Shown: positions 32,468 to 58,215 of the stretch, in pieces | Layout of the letters: every line of letters begins with the position of its first letter | Position numbering within the stretch: position 1 is the first letter of the stretch | Assembly (NCBI RefSeq): GCF_009914755.1 | Contig: NC_060928.1 | DNA from: the human T2T-CHM13v2.0 reference genome, Homo sapiens | Reading direction: 5' to 3' (one strand) | Length of the DNA stretch: 64,000 nt | The notes under the pieces: generated by a model | Told to the model about the DNA's origin: nothing | Database searches by the model: none | The model's input: only the letters and a program-made list of their open reading frames with translations | Made by a program: the position numbers and the translations under genes

Positions 32468-32741
32468 TTCTTTTTTTTTTTTTTTTTTTTTTGAGATGGA
32501 GTCTCCCACTGTCGCCCAGGCTGGAGTGCAGTGGAGTGGCGCGATCTCGGCTGACTGCAAGCTCTGCCTCCCGGGTTCATGCCATTCTCCTGCCTCAGCC
32601 TTCTGAGTAGCTGGGACTACAGGCGACCACCACCATGCCTGGCTAATTTTTTGTATTTTTAGTAGAGACGGGGTTTCAGTGTTAGCCAGGATGGTCTCGA
32701 TCTCCTGACCTCGTGATCTGCCCGCCTCAGCCTCCCAAAGT
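32468..32741 (-). mobile_element. 5'-truncated AluY
   Basis: Antisense; TSD GTCAACCTTCTTT at 32461 and 32742. Confidence 0.9.
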
Positions 32742-33009
32742 GTCAACCTTCTTTGTTCCCAGGAAGAGTCACTTGAATCGCCCTTTTTAGTTATACAAAT
32801 TTAAGTTTTGTATAAGCACCTCCATTCCTGATAAGGATGGTGTAAGCACCCCCATTTCTGATGAGAATGGTGTGACGTGAACTTTTGTGATTGCTGGGTA
32901 CTCAGTGCTGATAGAGGGGAGGGGGCTAAATATGCATAGCAGCCTTAAGGAGCCTCCTGGGAGAGGGAGAAAGGTGACCTTGGCCACTTCTCTTTTAAAA
33001 TGTAGTGTT

Positions 33010-33323
33010 GGCCGGGAGCAGTGTCTCATGCCTGTAATCCCAGCACTTTGGGAGGCTGAGGCAGGTGGGTCACGAGGTCAGGAGATCGAGACCATCCTGG
33101 CTAACACGGTGAAACCCATTCTCTACTAAAAATACAAAAAAATTAGCCAGGTGTGGTGGCGGGCACCTGTAATTCCAGCTACTCAGGAGGCTGAGGTGGC
33201 AGAATGGCATGAACCAGGGAGGTGGAGCTTGCAGTGAGCGGAGATTATGCCACCAAACTTCAGCCTGGCAGCCTGCACGACAGAGCGAGACTCCGTCTCA
33301 AAAAAAAAAAAAAAAAAAAAAAA
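33010..33323 (+). mobile_element. AluY
   Basis: GAGATCGAGACCATCCTGGCTAACACGG diagnostic; GTAGTGTT on both flanks. Confidence 0.9.
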
Positions 33324-34689
33324 GTAGTGTTATCAGAATTTCTCAAAAGAATTAGGATGTTTCCGACTGAGGTCAGCTGGTCCTAACACACACCAGGAAA
33401 GACAGGGGTTTCTTGCCTGATGACAGGTTCCTCTGTGTCCAGTCACCCTGGACAGATGCCACAGGACACAATGACTAAGTATATGGATATGACCTGAAGA
33501 GAAGTCATCTTGAGAGCCCAGGCTTGGACACCGCCATGTTGTGTGCCAGGACTGGACCGGAAGGGACAGGGTGGCAATGGATAAAGGCCCACTGGACTGG
33601 GTGGGGCCAATGCATCAAAAGGTCCCAACAGAAACAACCGCAGTGATCCCAGGGCCTACCAGCGGGCTGGTCAGGCTTTTCCAAGTTTCTCCCCAGTGGA
33701 GATGGGAAGGAGATTTTCCTGGGAAGAGTAAGCACTTAGGGTTCTCGGTCAATTTGTAAAGAAGATTTCAAATACAGGATCGCAGACTTCCTGCCCTTAT
33801 TGGTAAGTAGAGATTCAAATGATTAATTAGAAAATTTTAAAAAGCATGACCAACTTTACATCCCAAGCCAGTGAGGCAGATTATGAGATCCCACTTAATC
33901 CTCACATTTATTCTAGGAAGTAACAAAGGCCCATTGGGGCCATATTATTTGTCGAAGATTATTAAGCAGGTAAATTATAACATTGGGATTTAAATCTCAA
34001 TCTAATTCTCCACCTGTCCTCGTTTCCTTCCCTGGAGCACACTGAAGTGGAAGCAATGAAAAGCAGTCAAGAGCAAGACCATGCGGAAAAGACTGGCAAC
34101 CACTTAGGCATAGCTCAGGGGTAAAACACCACTATTTGGCTTAAGGATGGAGAAATAAACTAATCCCTAATCTCTAACATTATCTTCTATTCTCACACAC
34201 TCAAAAGGCATCTACATATGTTCAATATGTATGCACCTTCATTTTGAGATCCAGTTCTACAAATCACAGGAAGTATTTCATGTACTTCCAGCCTCTGTAA
34301 GTAGAATTTGGGGTGAAAGATACTCCTCAGGAAAACCAACAGAAAAGGCTGGGAATGTAAAGTCTGAGGGGAAAGTGCCAAAAGAAAAGGTAACCAGACT
34401 TGGCTGTGGAACTGTTTCCCACGCTCTGAAAGGCAGCACAGGGTAAAACTTCTAGAAGCTTGAAAGACAGAAAAATCCTATAGGTTCAAAAAGAGTTTAC
34501 GTAAATTCATGAGAGATAAATCCAAAACAGATATAAAGGAAATTGGCAGTAATGGAAAAAGTAGACTGTTTACTCAGACATGACACAAGGTAAAAAGCCA
34601 AATTCAGTATTTTTTTAACTCAACAATAAAAACACTATCACTTCCCAGAAAAAAAGACAAAATACTTGAAAAAAAGTGATCAACATCTT

Positions 34690-35364
<675 letters not shown>

Positions 35365-35374
35365 TCACCACTAG

Positions 35375-35680
35375 TTTTTTTAGTTTTTTTTGTTTTTTTG
35401 AGACAGGGTTTCATTCTGTCACCCAGGCTGGAGTACAATGGTGCTATTATGGCTCACTGAAGCATTGACCTCTGGAGCTTAGGTGATCTTCCCACCTCAG
35501 CTCCCAGGTAGCTGGGACCACAGGCGCACACTACCATGCCTGGTTAATTTTTATATTTTTTGTAGAGATGGGATTTCTCCATGTTGCCCAGGCTGGTTTC
35601 GAATTCTTGGGCTTAAGCAATCCCCCTACCTCGGCCTCCCAAAGTGCTGGGACTGCAGGTGCAAGCCACTGCACCTGGCC
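35375..35680 (-). mobile_element. AluJ, tail-to-tail with Alu 35021-35348
   Basis: Diverged antisense dimer. Confidence 0.85.
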
Positions 35681-35886
35681 ATCACTACTAATTTTTTTTA
35701 AAGTACAGTGAAATAAGATAACATGTTTTGCATAACAACAAGAATATGCAATTTTAAGGTAAATATCCCCAGCTTTTAAGAGTTGAGTGAAAGATACATT
35801 CTCATATACTGCAGGTGGGAAATAAAATTCATAAAACCTTTCTGGGTAAAGTCTGGCAATATGTACTAAGAGCCTTTGTTTATTAA

Positions 35887-36204
<318 letters not shown>

Positions 36205-36350
36205 AAGATTTATTATTTCTTTGGGGCGGATGTTCCTATTTATAATAGTATTGTTATTTATAAATACATTCCTATTTATAACAGCATATTTATAAAAGCA
36301 GAAAACTAGGCCAACTTAAATGTCCAAAGAGAGACTGATTAAGTAAATTA

Positions 36351-36706
<356 letters not shown>

Positions 36707-39278
36707 CTTTTTAAAAAGTAAACATTTTAACAAGGAGAAATATTTACAAGATTAAACATGATCATTTTTTCTTATCGATAGGCAAACAGAATCCTCCTAG
36801 CCATGTTAAAATAATAAGCAACTAAATGGAGAAACACTAAAATTTTCATAATGATTGCTTCTGTATGCTGAATTAGTGATGATTTGTTCTTCTTTATATT
36901 TTTTGTACTATCTGCTATCTTTGAAATGGCTAGCAATTACCATTTTTATAATTGAGAAAAAAGGAACTGAAGGAAAAGGAATAAAAATAGAAGGAGTCGT
37001 GGTTATTTCCAGTAACTCCTACAGGCTGATAACATCCTGATGACTCCATGAGGAGCTGGACTGTTGAGATGACTCAATTGTCTTTGTTCTTAGGATTTTA
37101 CAAGGGAGCCTAATAAATACCAAAGCTTCCAGTAAGTGATGCCTGCAGAAAATGAAATGCAAGGACATGAGAAGAATGGACAGGCCAAGTCAGGACCTAG
37201 AGGCCAAGTCAGGACCTGGAGAAGGGTAGTAGATGGGACTGCAAAGTGCTTAGCCTGAAACGGCACCTGCTCCACCTTCAGGATAAAATGACCAGAAGGT
37301 AAAACAAAGTATCCTGTCAACAAAACTAACTGGAAAGACTTGTTTACCCTGCACTGGTAGCATGCTATTTATAGTATTATTTGTGGTCCTTTTCCCAACA
37401 ATCTTTTCTGACTGCAGCTCATCAGATCAGATGTTATTAAGCTTATAAACATAAATTCTCATCGCCTACTTAAATCCTAGAATTATGAGAAGAAAATGCA
37501 TTACAAGTTGTAACAAATGAGATTAATGGGGTTTGTCAGCCATAAGAGCAAATTACTCATACTGATTTTCTACGATAATAACTGCCATTTGTTGAGTCTT
37601 TCCTAAACATATTACCTGAGGACCTATCACAGGGTCTTCCATGTAGCAGGTCCCTTAGGTAATTCATATCCTCCTCCCAACAACCTTATCAAGTAGGTAT
37701 CATTATTACCTTCATTGGCCCAAAAGTGAAGAAAGGCTGATTGCAATTAAGCAACTTACCACAGACTAAGGTAGTAAACAGAACAGCAAGATGGTAGAGG
37801 TTGACTCCTGAGCCTATACTGTATATGAAAAGTAAAATAATAAAAGTTCATGGGTTTCACTTGTATAAACTATTATTCTTGCGACTCAAACTAAACCACA
37901 TCCTGATTACTACTACTCACCTTGCCAACCCTAAACCTTTAATTCATGTGCCTTTCGAGGTCTAAATACAGGTGCATGGAAAACATGTTAACTGGCATTC
38001 TGAAAGAATAATATCCAGGCTGAAAGGGTAGTATTTTAATTTATAGGTCTGAATAACTTTTATTTTGAAGTAATTACCTGATTAAAACATTCATGATCCT
38101 AAATACAGAAAATATTTCCCAGCACTCATCCTAGGTTCTAAACTACTTTACAGTGGCCTCCCTAAAAGAATACATAAGCAAAACAGATCCTTCACCACGT
38201 CAACCAAGAGCCCCCAAGAAAGGAGATGAAACCAGAGCAAATGAGACATTTTTCACTAATAGTAAAGTGGTCATTTATCCTTTCCTTATACTTTCTAAAC
38301 AGAAGTTCAACCCTAAGGCCATAACTACAAAAGAACAGAAGTATTTTTCTTCATCCTAAATTGCTAGGCCAGGAGGATATGCACCTAACACTCTAGACAA
38401 AACTAATCTGAACAAAGAGTGCTGTTGAGCTAAAGCATTTCTTAGGAAAACTAGAGATCAATCCCAGGCATCTGGTATAAACTTCCAGCCTTCTCATCTG
38501 ACCATTTCTAGCTACTATGCCTGGGGCATTATAAATGCTCAGTAAATATTAGCTATTGTGGTGATCGTTGTTATTAATAACATCTGTTTCATCTAACCCA
38601 GAAAAATAACAATGTCAGGATCAAAAAAAAAAAAAAAAGGCTACTCCTTTTCTCCTGCTTCCAATTTTCTGATTTGTTTTCCAAAGCCTTTTGTTAGTAA
38701 AACTTAGAAATTTCTTTCAAATACTAAAAGGGTCATGAGAAAACAAAAAATATATATACTTATGTGATCTCATGATAAATGAAGGCCACCATTAGGAAAT
38801 AACTCTCCTCTTAGTTTGAAGGAAGTTATGTCAGCTATTTCTACTACTTGTGTAAAGTAATTCCACAAACTGCAGTGCTAGAATTCTGACACTCCCCTGG
38901 GTACACCTGAGTTTTGATGCAACAGAGTACCTGGGAAAGGAGGTGGCAGTGCAGGTGAACCAGGCTAGTATATGTTTGGTCATTTGTTGGGTTCACAGTA
39001 TGCTTGTCTTACCTGTTCTACATAGTTGGTGAGAGTGGGAGAGTAAATTTAAATTCCAACAGGAAATAGATATATGGTGAGCAATCTCTGAAACAGTAAG
39101 AGAGAGGGAATTTTCCTCTGGCACTTGGAAGGAGTTAATTTTATAGAGTTAACGTGATGCGGGAAAAAAGGGCACCTGCAACTGAAGTCTACAAAGGCGA
39201 CATCTACATTTGAATGTTGTGAAAGTTTCAAAGTGAAAAGCAATCCTTTAGCATGGAGGTGGATGATTAGAAGCAAAC

Positions 39279-39573
39279 GCCCGGTGGCTCACGCTTCTAA
39301 TCTCAGCACTTCAGGAGGCTGAGGGGGGTGGATGGCTTGAGCTCAGGTGTTCGAGACCAAACTGGGCAACATGGTGAAACCCCTTCTCTACAAAAATACA
39401 AAAATTAGCTGGGCATGGTGGCAAATGTCTGTAGTTCCAGCTACTCAGACGGCTGAGGCACAAGAATCGCTTGCACCTTCCAGACGGAGGTTGCAGTGAG
39501 CCAAGATCGTGCCATTGCACTCCAGCCTGGGCGAAAGAGAGACCCTGTCTCCAAAAAAAAAAAAAAAAAAAAA
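39279..39573 (+). mobile_element. Alu
   Basis: Dimer with A-tail; AAGCAAA on both flanks. Confidence 0.85.
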
Positions 39574-39759
39574 GCAAAGGAGAGGGACTGACACTAAGAA
39601 GAACAGTAGGAGCCTATTAGGAGAAAATCCCAAAATAGAGCCTGAGGCCCCCAGTAGAATGGCTTATACAGCTTGTTCCTTCTCTAGGATTAATTCAGAC
39701 TAATATTATGCCCTTTGTTACAAATACAGAAGACTAAGATCCCTAGATTCTTTGCTTAA

Positions 39760-40712
<953 letters not shown>

Positions 40713-41907
40713 TTACAGGTTTTAGGACACTTGCTGAAAATGGCCCTGCTGCCCAGAAGGCCTGCTGTGGCCCAGAACTGCCAGAGATTGGATAGGGAAA
40801 TTTATCTTATTCCAAATTTTAGTATGGGGCCCACTTGCCCCTATACAAGCCATGTCTTCAATGTGAGCTTTTGCAATCATAAAGCTGATGTTTGGATTTC
40901 CTACCTGTTTATTCTTTGGTATTATTGCATATTTGGTCCAGATCCTAGACAAAGAACAAGGGTATCACAGTTTTGGTGCCCGTCAAAACTCTAGCATCCA
41001 GTATAATTGACCAGAATTGTTGAGAATTAGGGTGGAATGTGGAGACCAAAATAACAAGGATTCTGGTGGGGCCAGGGTATATGGCTTTGGGCCTTGGATT
41101 CAAGAGGCAGGTTGGGCATTTTAACCTTGAAAATCTCCAGAGATTATTTCTGGGTAATAAGACTCAACTTTACAATTGTGCAGTTGGATTTTTAACTATT
41201 ATGACCTGAGCAAGCAGTTTAAGCCCAAGAAACTAATCACATGAGATAAGAGATTTTCACTCTGATTGGTCACTGAAGCTATGAAAGCTCTTCAATTGCT
41301 GGGGGTTTTTTGGGTTTTTGTGGGGTGGGGGGGTGTTTTGTTTCGAGACAGTGTCTTACTGTCACACAGGCTGAAGTGCAGTGGTGTGATCATAGCTCAG
41401 TATCACCTCAATTCCTGGGCTCAGGTCATCTTGAGTGCTGTTTTTAGAGACAAAAGCCCATATTAACTGGGCCTGAAGCAAATTGTACATAGGCCTCACC
41501 CACCTTAAGTAAAGTTAAGTTCTTTATCAAATACATGGGTCAGCAAGGGCCTTACTTAGCACAATACTGGCTGAAAGCAGCCTCAGCAAACCCTGGCTAC
41601 ATAAGTACTAAGTAAGCAACACCTACTAGTCCCAGTAAGCAAGACATGCAGGCTACAGAATCATAGTGTGTTATGAAAAAAAAAAAAAAAAAGCCACACA
41701 TTCAGGCATCAGCAGGTCCTAGAGGCCTTAATGAGAGCAGAGTGTCAGCAGGGTATCAGCAGATATCGGCAGGCCATGCAGGCCCCAGGTCAAAAGTGGA
41801 CCAAATAAGTAACTCAACAGCACAGGCTTCTGGAAAATAATGAACTTTGAAGTGACAGAAATCTAGACTTGCGTCTCATCACTCCCTTAAAAGTTGCATC
41901 GCCTTGA

Positions 41908-42200
41908 GGCAGGGCACAGGGGCTCATGTCTGTAATCCCAACACTTTGGAAGGCCGAGGTGGGTGGATCACTTGAGCCCAGGAGTTCGAGACCAGCCTAG
42001 GCAATAAGGCGAAACCCTTATTTTGGCAAAAAATGCCAAAATTAGCTAAGGCAGTTGTGGGTGCCTGCAGTCCCAGCTACTCCTTAGGCTGGGGTGGGAG
42101 GATTGCTTGAGACCAGGAGTCGAGGCTTCAGTGAGCCGCGATTGGGACATTGCACTCCATCGATAGAGTGAGACCTTGGTCTCAAAAAGAAGAAAAAAAA
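41908..42200 (+). mobile_element. AluJ
   Basis: Diverged dimer. Confidence 0.82.
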
Positions 42201-42269
42201 GCTGTGTCACCTTGGGTAAGTTACAGATCCTTCACCTAGCCCCCCAGTTCCCTCAGAACTAGAACAGAG

Positions 42270-42841
42270 ATTTGAAAATGTAACCAATTAAACATGCACC
42301 TATAAGCCAGCCATTTCTCTCCTGGAGGTATTTACTCCAAAGAAATGAGAGCATATGCCCAGATAACACTCACAGCAGTTTTATTTGTAAGCACTGAGAA
42401 CTAGAAGCAACCCAAATGTTTACCAATAGGTTCCTGGATAAACGAAGTGTGATATATCCTGACAATAGAATCCTACTCAGCAATAAAAAGGAACACACAT
42501 GCAATAACATGGATGAATCTTAAAATAATTATGCTGAATACAAGAAACCAAAATATAGTATATACTGAATGATTCTATTTATATAAAATTCTCAAAATGC
42601 AAACCAATTTATAGTGCCAGAAAGCAGATCAGTGGTTGCCTAGAGGCTGGCGGTGGGAGAACAGTGAGAAGGGATGGATTACAAGGGGTACAAGGAAACT
42701 CTTGGGCCAATGGCATGTTCATTACCTTCACTGTGAGTGTGTCCCACAGGTGCAGACACATGTCAAAACTCATCAAATTGTATACCTTAAGCAGGTGCAG
42801 TTTATGTCACAGCCAGTTACACCTCAATAAAGCTGAAAAAA
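42270..42841 (+). mobile_element. L1ME/MD-like 3' end
   Basis: CATGGATGAATCT, AGCAGATCAGTGGTTGCC and TACACCTCAATAAAGCTG. Confidence 0.65.
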
Positions 42842-42918
42842 TATGTGGGTCAAAGAATATATAAGATTGAACAGCAGACTCAAACCCCTTGAGCACTCTT
42901 CAAAAGTGGCACCTTTTT

Positions 42919-44600
<1,682 letters not shown>

Positions 44601-45448
44601 AGTGGCACCTTTTCAACAATCTTTTTTAAAAAGTTATTAGAGACAGGGTCTCACTCTGTTGCCCCAGCTGGAGTGAAGAGGCGTGATCATAGCTCACTGC
44701 AGCCTCGGACATCTGAGCTCGAGTGATCCTTCCACCTCAGCCTCCTGAGTAGCTGGCACTACTGGCCGTGCCACCACTCCTGGCTTTGACAATTTTTAAA
44801 GTAATACATTCATTTATCCAACAAATACTGATAAGAGTGGCTACTCTGAGTAGGTATTATTGTAGACACTAGAGACAACACAGAGAAACACAGGCAAATA
44901 AAAAAGCAAGCAAATAAATAACTGCAGAGAGTGATGTTAGTGCTGTAAAGGAACTAAAACAAGGTGCTGTCACTGCAAGTGACTGAGTAAAAGGAAAGGC
45001 CAGTTTCTCTGGGGGGTGGTGGGGAGGTCCCAGGAGGCCTCCCACAGCAGATGTTATTTGATCCAAGTCCTCAATAATCAGGAGGCAACTCTGCAAAAAT
45101 GTGAGGGCTGAGAACCTTGGGGAAAATAAACAAGAGCAAAGGCTCTAAGGTGGGAACAAGTCTGATGTGTCGGAAACAGCAAGTAGGCCATGATCTAGAG
45201 CCCAGTGGGGCTGGATCATGAGTGGGAGGAATGAGGTCAGAGAGCAAGGCGAGTGGGAGAAAGCACAGGGCCTGGTCACCCCCCAGCAGGGGCAGACTGA
45301 CACCTCACACGGCCGGGTACTCCAACAGAACTGCAGCTGAGGGTCCTGTCTGTTAGATGGAAAACTAACAAACAGAAAGGACATCCACACCAAAAACCCA
45401 TCTGTACATCACCATCATCAAAGACTAAAAGTAGACAAAACCACAAAG

Positions 45449-46465
45449 ATGGGGAAAAAACAGAGCAGAAAAACTGGAAACTCTAAAAAGCAGAGCGACT
45501 CTCCTCCTCCAAAGGAACGCAGTTCCTCACCAGCAATGGAACAAAGCTGGACGGAGAATGACTTTGACGAATTGAGAGAAGAAGGCTTCAGATGATCAAA
45601 TTACTCCGAGCTACAGGAGGACATTCAAACCAAAGACAAAGCAGTCGAAAACTTTGAAAAAAATTTAGAAAAATGTATAACTAGAATAACCAATACAGAG
45701 AAGTGCTTAAAGGAGCTGATGGAGCTGAAAGCCAAGGCTCGAGAACTACGTGAAGAATGCAGAAGCCTCAGGAGCCGATGCGATCAACTGGAAGAAAGGG
45801 TATCAGCGATGGAAGATGAAATGAATGAAATGAAGTGAGAAGGGAAGTTTAGAGAAAAAAGAATAAAAAGAAACGAACAAAGCCTCCAAGAAATATGGGA
45901 CTATGTGAAAAGACCAAATCTACATCTGATTGGTGTACCTGAAAGTGACAGGGAGAATGAAACCAAGTTGGAAAACACTCTGCAGGATATTATCCAGGAG
46001 AACTTCCCCAATCTAGCAAGGCAGGCCAACATTCAGATTCAGGAAATACAGAGAACACCACAAAGATACTCCTCGAGAAGAGCAACTCCAAGACACATAA
46101 TTGTCAGATTCACCAAAGTTGAAATGAAGGAAAAAATGTTAAGGGCAGCCAGAGAGAAAGGTCGGGTTACCCTCAAAGGGAAGCCCATCAGACTAACAGC
46201 AGATCTCTTGGCAGAAATTCTACAAGCCAGAAGAGAGTGGGGGCCAATATTCAACATTCTTAAAGAAAAGAATTTTCAACCCAGAATTTCATATCCAGCC
46301 AAACTTAGCTTCATAAGTGAAGGAGAAATAAAATACTTTACAGACAAGCAAATGCTGAGAGATTTTGTCACCACCAGGCCTGCCCTAAAAGAGCTCCTGA
46401 AGGAAGCACTAAACATGGAAAGGAACAACCGGTACCAGCTGCTGCAAAATCATGCCAAAATGTAA
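45449..46465 (+). pseudogene. L1 ORF1p remnant (1017 nt) with premature TGA stops
   Basis: ATGGGGAAAAAACAG start and full 338-codon length. In-frame CGA>TGA stops near 45593 and 45836. The 3' part is the 186-aa ORF. Confidence 0.9.
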
Positions 46466-46513
46466 AGACCATCGAGACTAGGAAGAAACTGCATCAACTA
46501 ACGAGCAAAATAA

Positions 46514-50345
<3,832 letters not shown>

Positions 50346-51594
50346 ACAATGAGAACACATGGACACAGGAAGGGGAACATCACACTCTGGGGACTGTTGT
50401 GGGGTGGGGGGAGGGGGGAGGGATAGCATTGGGAGATATACCTAATGCTAGATGACAAGCTGGTGGGTGCAGCGCACCAGCATGGCACATGTATGCATAT
50501 GTGACTAACCTGCACATTGTGCACATGTACCCTAAAACTTAAAGTATAATAATAATTAATTAATTAATTAAAAAAAAAAAAAGCACAGGGCCTGGTAGGC
50601 CGTGGGGAAGGGCATTACTCAGGGAAGTGACAGGATCTTTTTGGCAATAACATGACTGCCATTTTTAAAAGATCACTTTGGCTGTTGAGGACAGACTATA
50701 GGAAAGTCAAAAATGAAAGCAAGGAGGTCAGTTAAGAGGCCTTCTCCATATTCCAAACAAGAGATGATGGAGACTAGGGTGAGGATGATAGAGGTAAGAG
50801 AGAAATTGATACATGTGGAATATATTCAGGAGGTAGAGCCCATGATACTTGCCAATAGATTGGACCAAAGAGGAGATGAAGGACCTGGAGGAATCACAGA
50901 TGACCCCCTGGGTTTCTGGCCTAAGCAATGGAATAAAAATGGTGCCATTTACTGGAATGGGAAAGAAGATAACTGTTCTTAGAACTACAATGAAAAGAGT
51001 ATATTATGTACAGTGGCTCATGCCTGTAATCTCAGCACTTTGGGAGGCCAAAGCAGGAGGATCAGTTGAGGCCACGAATTTGAAGCTGCAGTGAGCTATG
51101 ATGGTGCCACTGCACTCCAGCCTGAGCAACAAAGCAAGACCGTATTTCTAAATAAAATAAAAAGGTGAAAAGAGGTTAGAGAAACCTCTGTCCTAGGGAA
51201 AGCAAGATCCTGAGATACAGACAATGAGCAAAGGGGAGCCTTTTTCCCTCCATTCTTGCTGCTCTGTCAACTGATGGCGTAGGTCCTGCCTCATCAAGAG
51301 TCTGGCCCAGCCCCAGCCCCAGACTTTCTTCTCCTCCTGATGTTAGAACTCTGCTCTCCTCTTTCTTGCCCCTTTCTCCCTTGCAGTTGTGGTAAGGACT
51401 AAAGAATATAAATAGAATGCCTAGAAGAGTTTCAAGTACATAATAAATTCCTGTTAATTTTTTTCTTTCTTCTGTTTTTTCTTTGTTATTAGATAAAATG
51501 TTTTCACGGATAAAATTTTAATACACTTTGTCAACTGAAAACAAAAAGATTCCATAAATTCCAATAATTCACTATTAAATTTCTATGCTGAGTT

Positions 51595-52865
<1,271 letters not shown>

Positions 52866-52886
52866 TATATACCAAACTATTTTTCA

Positions 52887-53340
<454 letters not shown>

Positions 53341-54693
53341 TTACAGCATGCAATTCACTGGGGTTTAGATATCCGGTTCATTCTTTTCTCAAGATCTGCC
53401 TCCTCTATGCTGTCAGCCAAGGTTTTAGGCTGTTTGTTATCTCTGTTTTATTCTGCGTAGTCTCCCTGGATGAGCTCAAAGACATCCATGGTTTCAGTTT
53501 TCATCTCTCTACTTTCCCTTTCCTGAACAGCACATCTGTAAAGCCCACTACTGGAGATCTCCACTCGAGTGTCTCCTGAGAGCTTCAAACACCAACCTAA
53601 CAAAAACGAAATGTATCTCCTACATCCCCAAGACAATTTTTCCTTTCCCATTCTCTCTGATGACAGCATGTACCCCATGGTCCAAGCCCACAATCTAGAA
53701 GTCATCCTAGGTTCCTCCGTTTCATTCACTCGCATCCTTTTTCCTAAGCTATGCTGTGATTTCTACTTCTTCCACGACTCCTGAGTCAGAGCCACATCAT
53801 CTACTGCACCTTCATTTCCTTAAGTCATGTACTTTGTCACACCTGGATTACTGGGAGAGCTTTTCACATGACAGATGGAGATAAAAAATAAGCAGAAAAA
53901 ATAGCCTTGAGGGAACACATACAATGCAGGGAGAAGAAATCTATTTTATATCCTCACAGATAAGAAAAAATAAGCAATTATGAATAAAACAGGTTACCTT
54001 TTACAAAGGAGAAGGGCAAGTATTCAGAGAAAAAAATAAAAATATAGTAGCAGAAAAGAAAAACTTCTGGTGATTGGAGGACAAAACTGAAAGGATCTCC
54101 CACAAATTGCAGCAAAAGGCAAAGGGATAAAAAACAAGAGAGAAAAGATAAAAATTTAGAAGGCCAGTGCAGTACATGAATAATAGTACTTCTTCTAGAA
54201 AGTACAGGGAAAACGAAAAGATAGAAATATATACGAATTAATTTTTAAGATAATTTTCTGGAAGTGAGGGACATGAGTTTCTAGATTGCAAGGGTTTGAA
54301 GCATGTCAGGTATAATGGATAATGGTAAGAGTAGCTAACACGAACAGTGTTAGGGCTTCCTCTGTGCCAGGCACTGTTCTAACTGCTTTAATATATTTAA
54401 CTCATTTCCTTGTCAAAACCATCATTATCTACCTTTTACAGATGTAGAAATTAAAGCTGAGAAAAATTAAATAAACTGTCCAAGACAATACAGTCAGTAA
54501 GTGATGAAAGTGGCATTCAACTCCAGCTGGCCCACGCCCTACACTCAATGCTCTAAATCACTGTACTATATTGGATGTGAATAGACTTACACCATGATTC
54601 CTATCAGGACACTGGGATCTAGGGGAAGATGCCATAAGCTTCCAGGGAGAAAAAGCAGGTCTCATGGAAGGATCCACAGTAAAGATGGTTTCA

Positions 54694-55062
<369 letters not shown>

Positions 55063-55624
55063 TCAAAATTTTGTAGGAACATTATTTACAACCTACAATG
55101 CTATACCTAGCCAAGCTGTCAATGACATCTTGAGAGTAAAATAAAGACTCTAGACAAGAAGAACTCAAAAAATTTTCCTCCCATGTACCCTATCTCAAGT
55201 AACTACTGGAGAGGATGCTGCACCAAAATAAAGCAGCAAACCAAGAAAGAGGATGACCACACAAGAAACAGGGGCATCTGCACAGAAGAGAGTCGAGTGA
55301 ATCCCCAGGCGGATAATGTCAAAATCACAGAAGGAGAGTTTGTTCTGAGTATGAAAATAAACAGTCCAGGTTAGAGCAGGACAAGACTTCTTACGGGCCT
55401 TCTCAGGAAGGTGAAATAGAATAAAATACATCAGAATGTTTTGAGAGGACTAACAACTGGCAATGAGCACGGAGTTAATAAATAAATATTTCAATAAATG
55501 CATGGAAAACTAAGCAATTACTAAATCCAATTACTAAATTTCTAAATCCTGCAAAAAGAAAGTAACAGGGAAGGAAAATTAATCATGGTTTGCTACATAG
55601 ATCAGTTCTGAAATGTTCACGTAC

Positions 55625-57637
<2,013 letters not shown>

Positions 57638-57705
57638 ACATTTATAACTGGCAATGTTTAAAAAGAGAAACAAACTGAGTTCCACTGAAATTAAGAGATT
57701 TTCTC

Positions 57706-58215
57706 GGTCTCTGGGCGGGCCGTGGGAGGCTTCCTGAGGTGGGGGCCGGGCCAGGATGGCTGCAGCGCAGCGACGGCCGGGGCCGGGAGCGGGTCCTGGG
57801 CGGCCCAGGAGAAGCAGTTCCCGCCGGCGCTGCTGAGTTTCTTCATCTACAATCCGCGCTTCAGGCTGCGCAAAGGAGAGGGGGAAAATAAGATTTTATT
57901 TTATCATCCAAATGAGGTAGAAAAAATGAAAAGATTAGAAATGTCGGATTGTGTGAAGCTATTGTACAGTTTACAAGGACCTTTAGCCCATCAAAACCTG
58001 CAAAATCTTTACATACACAGAAGAACAGACAGTTCTTCAATGAACCAGAAGAAAATTTCTGGATGGTCATGGTATTTACATACACAGTGTATCTTTCTGA
58101 AATTGTATGGTGAAGCTATGGGTGATCTTTACTATTCAGAATTTAGGAAAGTTCTCTGGCTGTTGCATCCAAGTAAAATTAAAATAAAATTGGTTGCAAT
58201 TTTAAAATAAAAAAA
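57706..58215 (+). pseudogene. CCZ1: CCZ1 processed pseudogene (5' exons plus intron-like tail plus poly(A))
   Basis: GC-rich 5' UTR and ATG at 57756. Frames give AGAGSGSWAAQEKQFPPALLSFFIYNPRF...NKILFYHPNEVEK and IRNVGLCEAIVQFTRTFSPSKPAKSLHTQKNRQFFNEPEENFWMVM, the CCZ1 N-terminus, without introns and with two frameshifts. AATAAA at 58183, A-tail at 58204-58215, TSD AAGAGATTTTCTC at 57693-57705 and 58216-58228. Confidence 0.92.

Noticed and set aside
57722-58210. 162-aa ORF as a novel protein gene
   Set aside because: It starts at GTG and matches the CCZ1 frame only between two frameshifts, inside a TSD-flanked retrocopy.
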